From: an uncultured Anaerolineales bacterium
GTDB taxonomy: Bacteria; Chloroflexota; Anaerolineae; UBA7937; B3-Chlor
Length of the DNA: 64,000 nucleotides
Assembly: GCA_964492135.1 (NCBI GenBank)
Contig: CAZBJW010000003.1
Coordinates: 9,364 to 73,363, forward strand
Direction: 5' to 3'
Position 1 is the stretch's first letter. Every line of letters begins with the position of its first letter. Position numbers and translations under genes: made by a program. The notes beneath the pieces were generated by a model that made no database searches, was not told the DNA's origin, and saw only the letters and a list, made by a program, of their open reading frames with translations. Positions 54,344 through 63,216 of this stretch are shown piece by piece.

Positions 54344-54397
54344 AAAGAAGGAGGTAATCCGTCCGAAGCCAACAGCCATTGGTAAAGGAGGTATATC

Positions 54398-55417
54398 ATG
54401 AAACTCGCTACGTATCAACCGCTAGGGCAACTAAGTACTCAGGCGAGGGTCGGGGTCGTCTTGCAGGGTGGTGGCATGCTGGATCTCAACCTTGCCTACG
54501 CGCTTTGCATAAGCCGAGAAGACGGCGAAGTCAAAGCATACGAGCTCGCCGCTGCGCGCGTCCCTACTACCATGCTGGAATTCCTCAAAGGTGGGGAAGA
54601 AAGCGTTGTTGCTGCCAAGCGGGCGGTAGCTCACGTCGAACAGGCCATCAGCAGGGGGGAGGAGGTTGGGGGCCTACAAGCCGAGAAGATAGTCTATAAT
54701 CCTGGCGAGATCCTCTTGAGGGCTCCACTTGACAGGCCCGGGAAGATAATCGCAATGACCAGAAACTACTCCGAGCACTTTGCGGAGAGCAAGAGAATGT
54801 GGAAGGAACGATACGGCAAGGAACGTCAGCCGAACCCCTACCCGATGGGGTTCATCAAGGTGAGCAGTGCGATAATCGGTCCGGAAGATCCCATCGTACA
54901 GGCAAGGTCCACGCGAGCCTTGGATTACGAGATTGAGCTGGCCGTGGTAATTGGCAAAAGGGCCAAGTACGTCTCCGAGGATGAGGCGCTTAACTACGTC
55001 GCAGGATATACGGTGATGAATGACATCAGCGCCCGGGACCTACAGATTGAGGAGATAAGAATCTCACAAGTGATCAACATGGGCAAGAACCTAGATACGT
55101 TGGCACCTATGGGCCCGTATCTGGTGTTGACAGACGAGATCCCAGATCCAGGCAATCTCGACATCGAGTTGCGAGTGAACGGGGAGGTAAGGCAGAAATC
55201 GAACACCAAGTTTCTCACTTTTGGTGTGCCCCGGCTTATTGAACATTGGTCACAGATGACTCTTGAGTCAGGTGACATCTTGATGACAGGGACCTGTGGT
55301 GGCATCGCACATGCCAGACCAGATCGTGAGAAATGGTATCTGAAACCGGGTGACGTCGTCGAGGCCGAAATCGAGCGCATCGGCGCTCTGAGGAATCCAG
55401 TGATCGCAGAGGTCTGA
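54398..55417 (+). CDS. fumarylacetoacetate hydrolase (FAH)-family protein
   Basis: 339 aa, ...IIGPEDPIV...LDYEIELAVVIGKRAKYVSEDEALNYVAGYTVMNDISARD... Confidence 0.85.
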   Translation: MKLATYQPLGQLSTQARVGVVLQGGGMLDLNLAYALCISREDGEVKAYELAAARVPTTMLEFLKGGEESVVAAKRAVAHVEQAISRGEEVGGLQAEKIVYNPGEILLRAPLDRPGKIIAMTRNYSEHFAESKRMWKERYGKERQPNPYPMGFIKVSSAIIGPEDPIVQARSTRALDYEIELAVVIGKRAKYVSEDEALNYVAGYTVMNDISARDLQIEEIRISQVINMGKNLDTLAPMGPYLVLTDEIPDPGNLDIELRVNGEVRQKSNTKFLTFGVPRLIEHWSQMTLESGDILMTGTCGGIAHARPDREKWYLKPGDVVEAEIERIGALRNPVIAEV

Positions 55418-55500
55418 GTGACTCAAGCTCGCGTCGATATTCACTAGTCGGCGCGAAGGGGACTGAGTTCAAGGCCCAACCTGTATCGCCATCTCATTTC

Positions 55501-56412
55501 TTGTTCGGTGGGAAGTCGCAAGTTCTAGGTACAGCTCTTGCTAGGAGGGTACAATTGACAGGCAAACGTATCGATGAACAGCATAAAGAGAAACCCTACT
55601 GGGAGACCGCGATCATCAGGGTGGAGCGCAACAAGCTCGTGATTCGTGGCTACAACATCGAGGATCTAATCGGCCGAGTGAGCTATGCCGAGATGGTCTA
55701 TTTGGAGGTCATGGGGGAACTTCCCTCCGCCCCAATCGCCCATCTGCTGGAGGCTGTGCTCGTGGCAGGCTGCGATTTCGGCGTGTACTCTCCTGCAATT
55801 GCCTCAGCACGAATGGCGGCAACCTGTGGGGTAACCTTCAATTCGTGTCTAGCCACCGGAATCAACCTCTTGGGCAACATCCACGGAGGTGCATCAGAAG
55901 AGGCAATGCGCATCTTCTACGAAGTTGATGAGAGTGCCGAAGCGGAAGCGCGTCCCGTTCAGGATATCGTCGACGCAAAGTGTGAGGAATATAGACGGGA
56001 AGGGAGGTTCTTGCCTGGCTACGGGCATCCCGTCAACGACAACTGCCCGCGCGTCCGAAGGTTGTTTGAGCTTGGGGAGCAAGCCGCGAGATCGGGCGCG
56101 ATTAGCGGTAGATTCATTGACATTGCAAGGAGGTTTGAAACCGCGCTTCTGACAGCGTTCGGCAAGAAGATACCCATAAATGCTGACGCTGCCTTTGCCG
56201 CAATTCAGTGTGAGATTGGGCTTCCTCCAGAGATCGCGAAGGGGCTGGTAAGCCTCTCAAGGGGCATCGGACTACTTGCTCACGCGTACGAGGAGCTCAA
56301 GAGTGGCTCCCGATTGAAGTCGCCATGCCCGCGATATGTCCTCGAGAGGGAGTTTGTCTACACCGGTCCTCCGGAACGGCCATTGCCCAAGAGCAAGCTG
56401 AATATGCCCTAG
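55501..56412 (+). CDS. citrate-synthase-fold protein, citryl-CoA lyase-like
   Basis: 303 aa, ...LVIRGYNIEDLIG..SYAEMVYLEVMGELPS...NIHGGASEEA...LPGYGHPV.. The start (TTG) is uncertain. Confidence 0.65.
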   Translation: MFGGKSQVLGTALARRVQLTGKRIDEQHKEKPYWETAIIRVERNKLVIRGYNIEDLIGRVSYAEMVYLEVMGELPSAPIAHLLEAVLVAGCDFGVYSPAIASARMAATCGVTFNSCLATGINLLGNIHGGASEEAMRIFYEVDESAEAEARPVQDIVDAKCEEYRREGRFLPGYGHPVNDNCPRVRRLFELGEQAARSGAISGRFIDIARRFETALLTAFGKKIPINADAAFAAIQCEIGLPPEIAKGLVSLSRGIGLLAHAYEELKSGSRLKSPCPRYVLEREFVYTGPPERPLPKSKLNMP

Positions 56413-56748
56413 ATGGCGGCATACCGCTCACCGTTGGCGCACACGGCGTATGTGAACGGAGAGTTCAACGTGGAGTATGAGTTTGAGATCCCGAGTGGAA
56501 GGGTAGTAGTTCACCACGAAAGGTGCCGAGACTGTGAAATGAAAGCGTGCATCCCGAGTTGCCCTGTTGGTATTCTCAAGCTGAAGGGGGCAGGGCCGGT
56601 TCTTGCGATAAGCGAGAAAGAGGCAGCGAAGGGGGGATGCATAGAGTGTCTGGCTTGTGAGCAGGAATGCCTTTTTCAAGGCCAAGGTGCTATCACAATA
56701 GAATTGCCGATACTCGGACTCGCCGAGTGGAGGGCCGCTAATCGCTGA
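56413..56748 (+). CDS. ferredoxin-like 4Fe-4S protein
   Basis: 111 aa with Cys clusters CRDCEMKACIPSCP and CIECLACEQEC. Confidence 0.65.
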   Translation: MAAYRSPLAHTAYVNGEFNVEYEFEIPSGRVVVHHERCRDCEMKACIPSCPVGILKLKGAGPVLAISEKEAAKGGCIECLACEQECLFQGQGAITIELPILGLAEWRAANR

Positions 56749-56814
56749 TAGCTGCATCGGCTAGGCAGGCGACATGCGAGGGCAGCAACAACGCGATCAG
56801 ATGCGGAGGACGGT

Positions 56815-58113
56815 ATGGTCGCGGCAAGCGGGAGGAAAAAAGAGCCACCAACGGAGTGCAGAGATCTTACAGGGGAGTTGATCTTCGACTCTCAGCAACG
56901 GTGGTACCGGCCGATCGTGAATCTTGTGGCCGCACGAGATTTCAGGGCGATGCCACGCAGTGTGGTCATAAAGGATGAAACGCTGCGCGAGGGTGAGGAA
57001 ACCCCAGGTGTCTCTCTGAGTCTCGAACAGAAGCTTCGAACGGCCGAGAGGATCGAAGCGACTGGTTTGAAAGAGACGGAGGTGGGGTACCCTGGCGCAG
57101 TCGACGAGCACTACCAGTTTACCCAGGCGCTCAAGCGCGCGGGGGTTGGACTGCGCACGTCAGCACACGTACGAGCGTACCTCAGTGGCACCAGGTGGAA
57201 GGAAGAGGTAGACAGAGCCATTGAGGCTGGGTCGGACATCATCAATCTGCTATTGCACTCTTCTCGTTCTCACCTTCGCGCCTACCCCTGGCTGAGCCAA
57301 GAAGAACTCCCCGAACGAACGGCTTTATGCGTCGAGTATGCGAAGCGACGAGGCAAAGACACGGCATTTGGCCTGGCCGATACCGTGATGACCGATCCGA
57401 CGGTGGTTGCCGGCTGCTATGATGCTGCGCGTGAGGCCGGTGTGAATAGGCTATACATATATGATGGACAGGGCTGCGCTACCCCAGAGGCCATGGCGTA
57501 CCTAACGCGTCTTGCGGCTGACATTTGTGGCGGCGAAGCGCAGATCGCGGTCCACTGCCACAATGACCTGGGACTGGCTTTGGCCAATTCGCTGGCGGCG
57601 GTCCAAGAGGGTGCCACGGTGGTGGATGCAGTTGTCAATGGCCTCGGAGATCGAGCGGGCAACGCCGCTTTGGAGGAATTAGTGGTGGCGTTGACCGTTC
57701 TTTACGGCATCCACACTGGCGTAGACTTGGAGAAGCTCTCTTCCTTGTCCGAATTCGTATCAGAAGTGTATGGAGTGCCATTGGCGCGAACCAAGCCCTT
57801 GGTAGGAGCCAACGCGTACCGGCACCAAACGGATTCTCACATCCTTGGTCTCCTCACGGGGCAGTGGTGGACCTACGAGGTGATCCGAGCCGAAGCTCTG
57901 GGAAGAACTAGAAGCCTGGAGTTCGGGCCGGCCACTCTTCATTCCGGGTATGGAGCAATCATGGCGAAGATCCAGAGTATGGGTTTGGAAGCGACGGCTA
58001 ATAAGGTGCAAACGGTGTTGGCGGCTCTCAGGAGGGCGCTGAAAACGGATGCCTTTCTCACAGAAAGGGAGATGGAACGGCTCATACTTGCCAGCATTGG
58101 CGACGAGTGTTGA
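56815..58113 (+). CDS. HMGL-like / pyruvate carboxyltransferase-domain aldolase (isopropylmalate/homocitrate/citramalate synthase family)
   Basis: VVIKDETLREGEE (a variant of DTTLRDGEQ), HCHNDLGLALANSLAA and GLGDRAGNA. The likely start is MPRSVV at 56950. Confidence 0.8.
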   Translation: MVAASGRKKEPPTECRDLTGELIFDSQQRWYRPIVNLVAARDFRAMPRSVVIKDETLREGEETPGVSLSLEQKLRTAERIEATGLKETEVGYPGAVDEHYQFTQALKRAGVGLRTSAHVRAYLSGTRWKEEVDRAIEAGSDIINLLLHSSRSHLRAYPWLSQEELPERTALCVEYAKRRGKDTAFGLADTVMTDPTVVAGCYDAAREAGVNRLYIYDGQGCATPEAMAYLTRLAADICGGEAQIAVHCHNDLGLALANSLAAVQEGATVVDAVVNGLGDRAGNAALEELVVALTVLYGIHTGVDLEKLSSLSEFVSEVYGVPLARTKPLVGANAYRHQTDSHILGLLTGQWWTYEVIRAEALGRTRSLEFGPATLHSGYGAIMAKIQSMGLEATANKVQTVLAALRRALKTDAFLTEREMERLILASIGDEC

Positions 58114-58173
58114 TTATTGGACGGATTTGTCCTGCGCATGCAGATCACCGCTTGACGGGAATTCGGGGGCAAA

Positions 58174-59094
58174 ATGAGCGTAATCATCGACGGCTCAAGT
58201 AGAGTTCTGATCCAGGGCGTAACCGGTCGCGAGGGTCGGCCACGCGCAAAACTTATGATAGAGTATGGAACAAACGTAGTGGCCGGCGTTACCCCAGGAA
58301 AAGGGGGGCAGAGTGTGCACGGCATCCCCGTGTTCGACAGCGTGTATCAAGCGTGGACCACCATCGGGCCCATTGACGTGAGCATCATCTTCGTTCCAGC
58401 CAATGTGGCCAAGAGTGCGGCGTCAGAAGCTCTTGAAGCAGGGGTGAAATGGATAGTCTTGGTGGCCGACAGGTTTCCTCAGCAGGATCTGATGGAGTTG
58501 GAAGCGGTGGCGGAACCGATGGGAGGGCATATCATAGGTCCAAACACAATCGGTTTGATCAGCCCTGGCAAGGCGCTTGTAGGCATGATGGGTGGAAAAG
58601 CGTCGACGGCACGGCTGTGGTTCGAGGAAGGCAATGTAGGTATCTCGAGTAGATCAGGTGGTATGGCTACCACTCTCGCGTACTATCTGACACTACGTGG
58701 TATCGGGCAGAGCACAGTGGTGAGCGTCGGCGGCGATGCAATCGTAGGGATCTCTCACGCTGATCTCCTGGAGTTATTTGAAGGGGACGCGCAAACAGAA
58801 GTCGTGGCTCTCTACGGCGAGATTGGGACAACACAGGAAGAAGCTGCTGCTGAACTCAAGAGGTCCGGAAGGTTCACAAAACCTCTGGTAGCTTACCTGG
58901 GCGGGAGAGGAGCGAAGCCGGGAGTGCGCTATTCGCATTCGGGTGCCATCGTTCACGGATCGAGGGGAACTATTGAAGCCAAGGAAAAAGCTCTAGTCGA
59001 GGTCGGTGCTCAAGTCGTGGACAACCTGGAAAGCTTTGTCGACATGGTAGAGGAAATTCTCAGAGGCGCCAAGGAGGCCCGTGCCAGGAGGTGA
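58174..59094 (+). CDS. succinyl-CoA synthetase alpha-subunit-like CoA-binding protein
   Basis: SRVLIQGVTGREG...YGTNVVAGVTPGKGGQSVHGIPVFDSV...GPNTIGLISPG... The His loop is SHSGAIV. Confidence 0.85.
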   Translation: MSVIIDGSSRVLIQGVTGREGRPRAKLMIEYGTNVVAGVTPGKGGQSVHGIPVFDSVYQAWTTIGPIDVSIIFVPANVAKSAASEALEAGVKWIVLVADRFPQQDLMELEAVAEPMGGHIIGPNTIGLISPGKALVGMMGGKASTARLWFEEGNVGISSRSGGMATTLAYYLTLRGIGQSTVVSVGGDAIVGISHADLLELFEGDAQTEVVALYGEIGTTQEEAAAELKRSGRFTKPLVAYLGGRGAKPGVRYSHSGAIVHGSRGTIEAKEKALVEVGAQVVDNLESFVDMVEEILRGAKEARARR

Positions 59095-59103
59095 ACGCAT
59101 CCC

Positions 59104-60339
59104 ATGGTAAAGTTGTACGAATTCCAGGGCAAGGAGCTGCTTAGATCACACGGGGTAGCGGTCCCGGCCGGTGGCTTGGCTTCCACACTGGAAGAGGTGC
59201 AAAGCATAGCAAGTGGACTTGGTGATTGCGTCATAAAAGCCCAGGTCTTGGTGACCGGTAGGGGCGCAGCAGGCGGTGTTCGCTTTGTCCAGGGGCCTCA
59301 AGAGGCCTCCGAAGCTGCGCGTGATCTGTTAGGATGCGAGATCGGGGGGTCGCCCGTAGACAAAGTGCTCGTTGAGCAGAGAGTATCTCCGGTGGCAGAG
59401 TTCATGGCGAGCGTGATCACAGATGAGGAGATCGGCAGGCCGTGTGTTCTGTTCAGTCGACGGGGTGGCGTCGAGGTGGAAGAAATAGTTGCGACGCAAC
59501 CCGAACTCTTGGTGAGGGAGCCCGTAGACATACTCAAAGGGTTTCCGGAATACTGTGCCAGGAATATGCTTCTAAGGGCTGGACTTACCGGTATGCGTCT
59601 GGTTCGTCTCGCTCGACTTCTTACTCAACTATACGCATTGTACCGTGAGTACGACGCTCGTTTTGTTGAGGTTAATCCGGTGGCTGAAACCCTGGACGGA
59701 CAGCTGGTGGCCCTAGACTGTAAGATGGCCGTCGATGACTACGCGATTTGGCGCCACCCTGAATTAGGGGTGAGTGTGCCAATCGAGATTGAAGGTGCTC
59801 CCACAGAGCTTGACAGGATCGCTTGGGCTCGGGAGGCAGAAGACTTCAGAGGCACGTTTTACTTCATCCAACTTGTGCCATCAAAAGAAACGAAAAAAGG
59901 GGGCTACATAGGTTTCCACGGGATAGGGGGCGGTGGTTCGATCTCAGCAATAGGGGCATTGGAAAGGTTTGGGCTGCGTCCTGCTAACTATCTCGACACC
60001 AGCGGAAACCCGCCTGCTAGCCGAGTGTATCGAGGTGCGAAGATAGTTCTCTCCCAATCAGGAATGGAGCTCTACTGCTGTGTGTCGATTGGTGTGGCAA
60101 GCCAGAATTTGGCGTTTACGGCTCGCGGTATAGCGAAGGCCTTCATGGAAGAGAGACCTGAGATTCCACTGTTTGTGCAGCTAGTCGGGAATAGGGCCGA
60201 CGAAGCCTATGAGATCTTACGGCGGGTCAAGGAGAGAGAAGGGCTCGACCTAACACTTGGCGACCCACACGGTAGCATTGAGGCCGCTGCACTCAAGATG
60301 AGAGCCATGATAGACGCAGCGAGGGGCAGGTCCGTTTGA
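59104..60339 (+). CDS. succinyl-CoA synthetase beta-subunit-like ATP-grasp protein
   Basis: MVKLYEFQGKELLRSHGVAVPAG...IKAQVLVTGRG..GGV... is an ATP-grasp N-terminus. The gene lies downstream of the alpha-like gene. Confidence 0.85.
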   Translation: MVKLYEFQGKELLRSHGVAVPAGGLASTLEEVQSIASGLGDCVIKAQVLVTGRGAAGGVRFVQGPQEASEAARDLLGCEIGGSPVDKVLVEQRVSPVAEFMASVITDEEIGRPCVLFSRRGGVEVEEIVATQPELLVREPVDILKGFPEYCARNMLLRAGLTGMRLVRLARLLTQLYALYREYDARFVEVNPVAETLDGQLVALDCKMAVDDYAIWRHPELGVSVPIEIEGAPTELDRIAWAREAEDFRGTFYFIQLVPSKETKKGGYIGFHGIGGGGSISAIGALERFGLRPANYLDTSGNPPASRVYRGAKIVLSQSGMELYCCVSIGVASQNLAFTARGIAKAFMEERPEIPLFVQLVGNRADEAYEILRRVKEREGLDLTLGDPHGSIEAAALKMRAMIDAARGRSV

Positions 60340-60461
60340 TCTAGACGGAGATGGACGGGCGAATAGGAGCGGGCTCTGGGTTCGGCCGCTGCGCTAGTTC
60401 TAGTGAAAGGCAAGTAGCACAGATTTCGAGAGCAAGCGGACAGAGGTAGAGAGAGGCCTGA

Positions 60462-61637
60462 ATGAAATGGTGGTGGCATCCCGTCATTCGACGTTCAATG
60501 GTTCTCTTGGCATTCAGCCACCTCGTGGTAGACGCCAGCACCGGAACCATGCCGTTGCTATATCTACTCCTGAGGGCCGGTTTGAGCGTGAACTACGCTG
60601 AAGTCGGACTGCTGGGGGGAGCATATCTAGCCGCGGCTGGTCTGACACAGCCACTTTTTGGGATATTGGCCGATCGTCGCGAGACGACGTTGCTGAGCAT
60701 ATCAAGCATAGTTGTCATATCCCTATGCATCACGCTCCTTTACCTATGCCCCGCATATCCTCCAATGATTGGCTTGGCGGTCGCGGCCGGGATGGCATCG
60801 GGTTGCTTTCACCCGTTTGGGACGATGACGGCGGCAGCGATCGGTCAGCGTGCTTCGGGTGTGACAGTAGCCTTGTATATAGTCGGTGGGAGTCTCGGAC
60901 AGGCTATCGGACCTGTCATAGGTGGCGTATTGCTTGACAACCTGGGACCAGAGTCTCTAGCCGTGTTCCTGATACCAGCGGGACTTGTTGCGATCTGGCT
61001 GGCTGATAGCCTCCGGGATCGCGGGGCGTCTGGCGACGCTGAGTCTGGAACGCGAGCAGATACTGGTGGAAATCCAGCTTCTCCACTGGCAATGACCTGT
61101 CTGATCTCCGTAGTAGTTCTACGGGCGTCGGTATTGAGATCCTTGGTTAACTACCTACCTCTCTTTCTCGAGGAGAGGGGCTGGGGGTTCTTAGGAGCAA
61201 GTCATGCCTTGGCCGCGTTTCTTCTCACACTCGCAGTGGGTGCTCTTATTGGGGGGGTGCTTTCCATGAGGTTTGATCGCAAGTTGATAATCTCTATCTC
61301 GCTCTTCGCGAGTGCACTCAGTATCCTGATCTTCCCATGGCTAGCGGCTCACCTACAGATGTTAGCTTTGGGGGTTGTAGGGCTGATGTTGGGCTCGTCG
61401 GGCCCGCAGGCAATTGTGAGAGCACAGCAGATGATACCTGAGAGTAAAGGGTTTGCTTCGGGGGTCTCTCTGGGGCTGGCCTTTGCTGGTGGAGCCCTTG
61501 GTACTTGGCTGAGTGGTGCTGCAGCAGATGTCGTCGGTCTCGCAATAGTTATCGTAGGGCTTGGGGGAGTTTGCCTATTGGCGTCGATCTTTTCGCTGAA
61601 GCTTGCCCCTAGCCCGCCTTTCTTGGAGATGGACTGA
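60462..61637 (+). CDS. MFS transporter
   Basis: 391 aa with about 12 TM helices and a GILADRR-type loop between TM2 and TM3. Confidence 0.8.
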   Translation: MKWWWHPVIRRSMVLLAFSHLVVDASTGTMPLLYLLLRAGLSVNYAEVGLLGGAYLAAAGLTQPLFGILADRRETTLLSISSIVVISLCITLLYLCPAYPPMIGLAVAAGMASGCFHPFGTMTAAAIGQRASGVTVALYIVGGSLGQAIGPVIGGVLLDNLGPESLAVFLIPAGLVAIWLADSLRDRGASGDAESGTRADTGGNPASPLAMTCLISVVVLRASVLRSLVNYLPLFLEERGWGFLGASHALAAFLLTLAVGALIGGVLSMRFDRKLIISISLFASALSILIFPWLAAHLQMLALGVVGLMLGSSGPQAIVRAQQMIPESKGFASGVSLGLAFAGGALGTWLSGAAADVVGLAIVIVGLGGVCLLASIFSLKLAPSPPFLEMD

Positions 61638-61711
61638 CTCTACTGCAATGATTACAGTCGACCTTGCCCGACTAGCCGGGGCGCAGAATGCCGTAGACCG
61701 GCGCGATCTGT

Positions 61712-62953
61712 TTGAAGGAGGGATTCGTGAGCAAGGATGAGGTGAGAGAACACGATCAGCAGGCCCTACCTTTAAGAGACATGAAGGTTGTTGATATCAG
61801 CACGATGCTTGCGGCTGGCCACATATCTACCATTCTGGGCGACTTTGGCGCGGAGGTAATCAAAGTTGAACACCCTCGAGGCGATCCTGTCCGAAGATTG
61901 GGCTGGACCAAGGCGGGCACATCTCTGTGGTGGAAGCTCATCGGCCGGAACAAGATATGCGTAACCCTTAACCTTAGCAAGCGAGAGGGACAACAGATCC
62001 TGAGACACCTGGCGAGAGAGGCAGATGTACTCATCGAGAACTTCCGACCAGCCACGCTGGAGAAATGGCACTTGGGATATGAGGATCTCAAGCCCGAGAA
62101 TCCTCGGCTGATAATGGTGCGCGTGACGGGATTCGGTCAATACGGGCCATACAGCAACCGACCGGGCTTCGGGACATTGGCGGAAGCTATCTCTGGAAGC
62201 GCACATCTTACAGGTTTTCCGGAAGGGCCGCCTGTCTTGCCGCCCCTTGGGCTGGCGGACTACGTAGCCTCCCTTTTCGGTGCGATAGCGGCAATGATCT
62301 GTGTATACCATAGAGATGTTAGGCAAACAGGGGAGGGCCAGTATGTTGATCTCAGCCTATTTGAGCCGCTCTTTTCGATCCTAGGGCCTCAAGTCAGCGT
62401 CTATGATCAGTTAGGAATCGTGATAGGTCGAGAAGGGAACAGATCCCCCTTCGCGGCTCCAAGAAATCTGTATCAGACTTCGGATGGGCGGTGGGTGGCG
62501 CTATCGGCAAGTACTCAGTCTATCGCGGAGCGGGTGCTGCGCGCCATCGATAGGGAGGACCTCATTGACGACGAGCGGTTTCAGGATAACGAAAGTCGAG
62601 TGGAAAATAATGACGAGCTAGATGGTATCATCAGCGATTGGATCAGTCGGCATACCGTGAAGGAAGTTACACAGAGGTTCACAGAGTGCGGAGCTGCCAT
62701 CGCACCTGTCTACGATGCAACCGATATTTGTGGCGATGTGCACTATAATGCCCGGCAAGCTATAGTAAGCGTCCCAGATCCCTCTCTGGGCGAGCTTAAG
62801 ATGCAAAACGTTGTGCCCAAGATCTCCAAAACGCCGGGACGAATACGATTTGCCGGCCCAGAACTGGGGCAGCACAATCGCGAGATCTACGTCGAACGAC
62901 TGGGATTCAGCGAAGACGAGTTGGTGGCATTGCGAGAGAGGGGTGTCATCTAG
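61712..62953 (+). CDS. family III CoA-transferase (CaiB/BaiF-like)
   Basis: 413 aa, PLRDMKVVDISTMLAAGHISTILGDFGAEVIKVE.P..GD..R... Confidence 0.9.
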   Translation: MKEGFVSKDEVREHDQQALPLRDMKVVDISTMLAAGHISTILGDFGAEVIKVEHPRGDPVRRLGWTKAGTSLWWKLIGRNKICVTLNLSKREGQQILRHLAREADVLIENFRPATLEKWHLGYEDLKPENPRLIMVRVTGFGQYGPYSNRPGFGTLAEAISGSAHLTGFPEGPPVLPPLGLADYVASLFGAIAAMICVYHRDVRQTGEGQYVDLSLFEPLFSILGPQVSVYDQLGIVIGREGNRSPFAAPRNLYQTSDGRWVALSASTQSIAERVLRAIDREDLIDDERFQDNESRVENNDELDGIISDWISRHTVKEVTQRFTECGAAIAPVYDATDICGDVHYNARQAIVSVPDPSLGELKMQNVVPKISKTPGRIRFAGPELGQHNREIYVERLGFSEDELVALRERGVI

Positions 62954-63216
62954 GCTGAAACTAGGCGGATAGAGCCGCCCATGAAGGGTGGCCACATCAT
63001 CGGTCCCGCAACAGCGCGGCACGCTCGTGCTGGAGGCGATCGTATCACACGGGAATAGACTGGTTAGGGACTGCAGGCGCACATGGAGCTGGCTGTGGGA
63101 AGGTTTCAAACCCCGACAAGGCAACTGGTCAAAGAGGTTCGCCTAGCCTATGATTCAATCCGACTCATGAGGCTCACGTTTGCCACGTCCTCGCTAATCA
63201 CTCACGAGGGAGAACA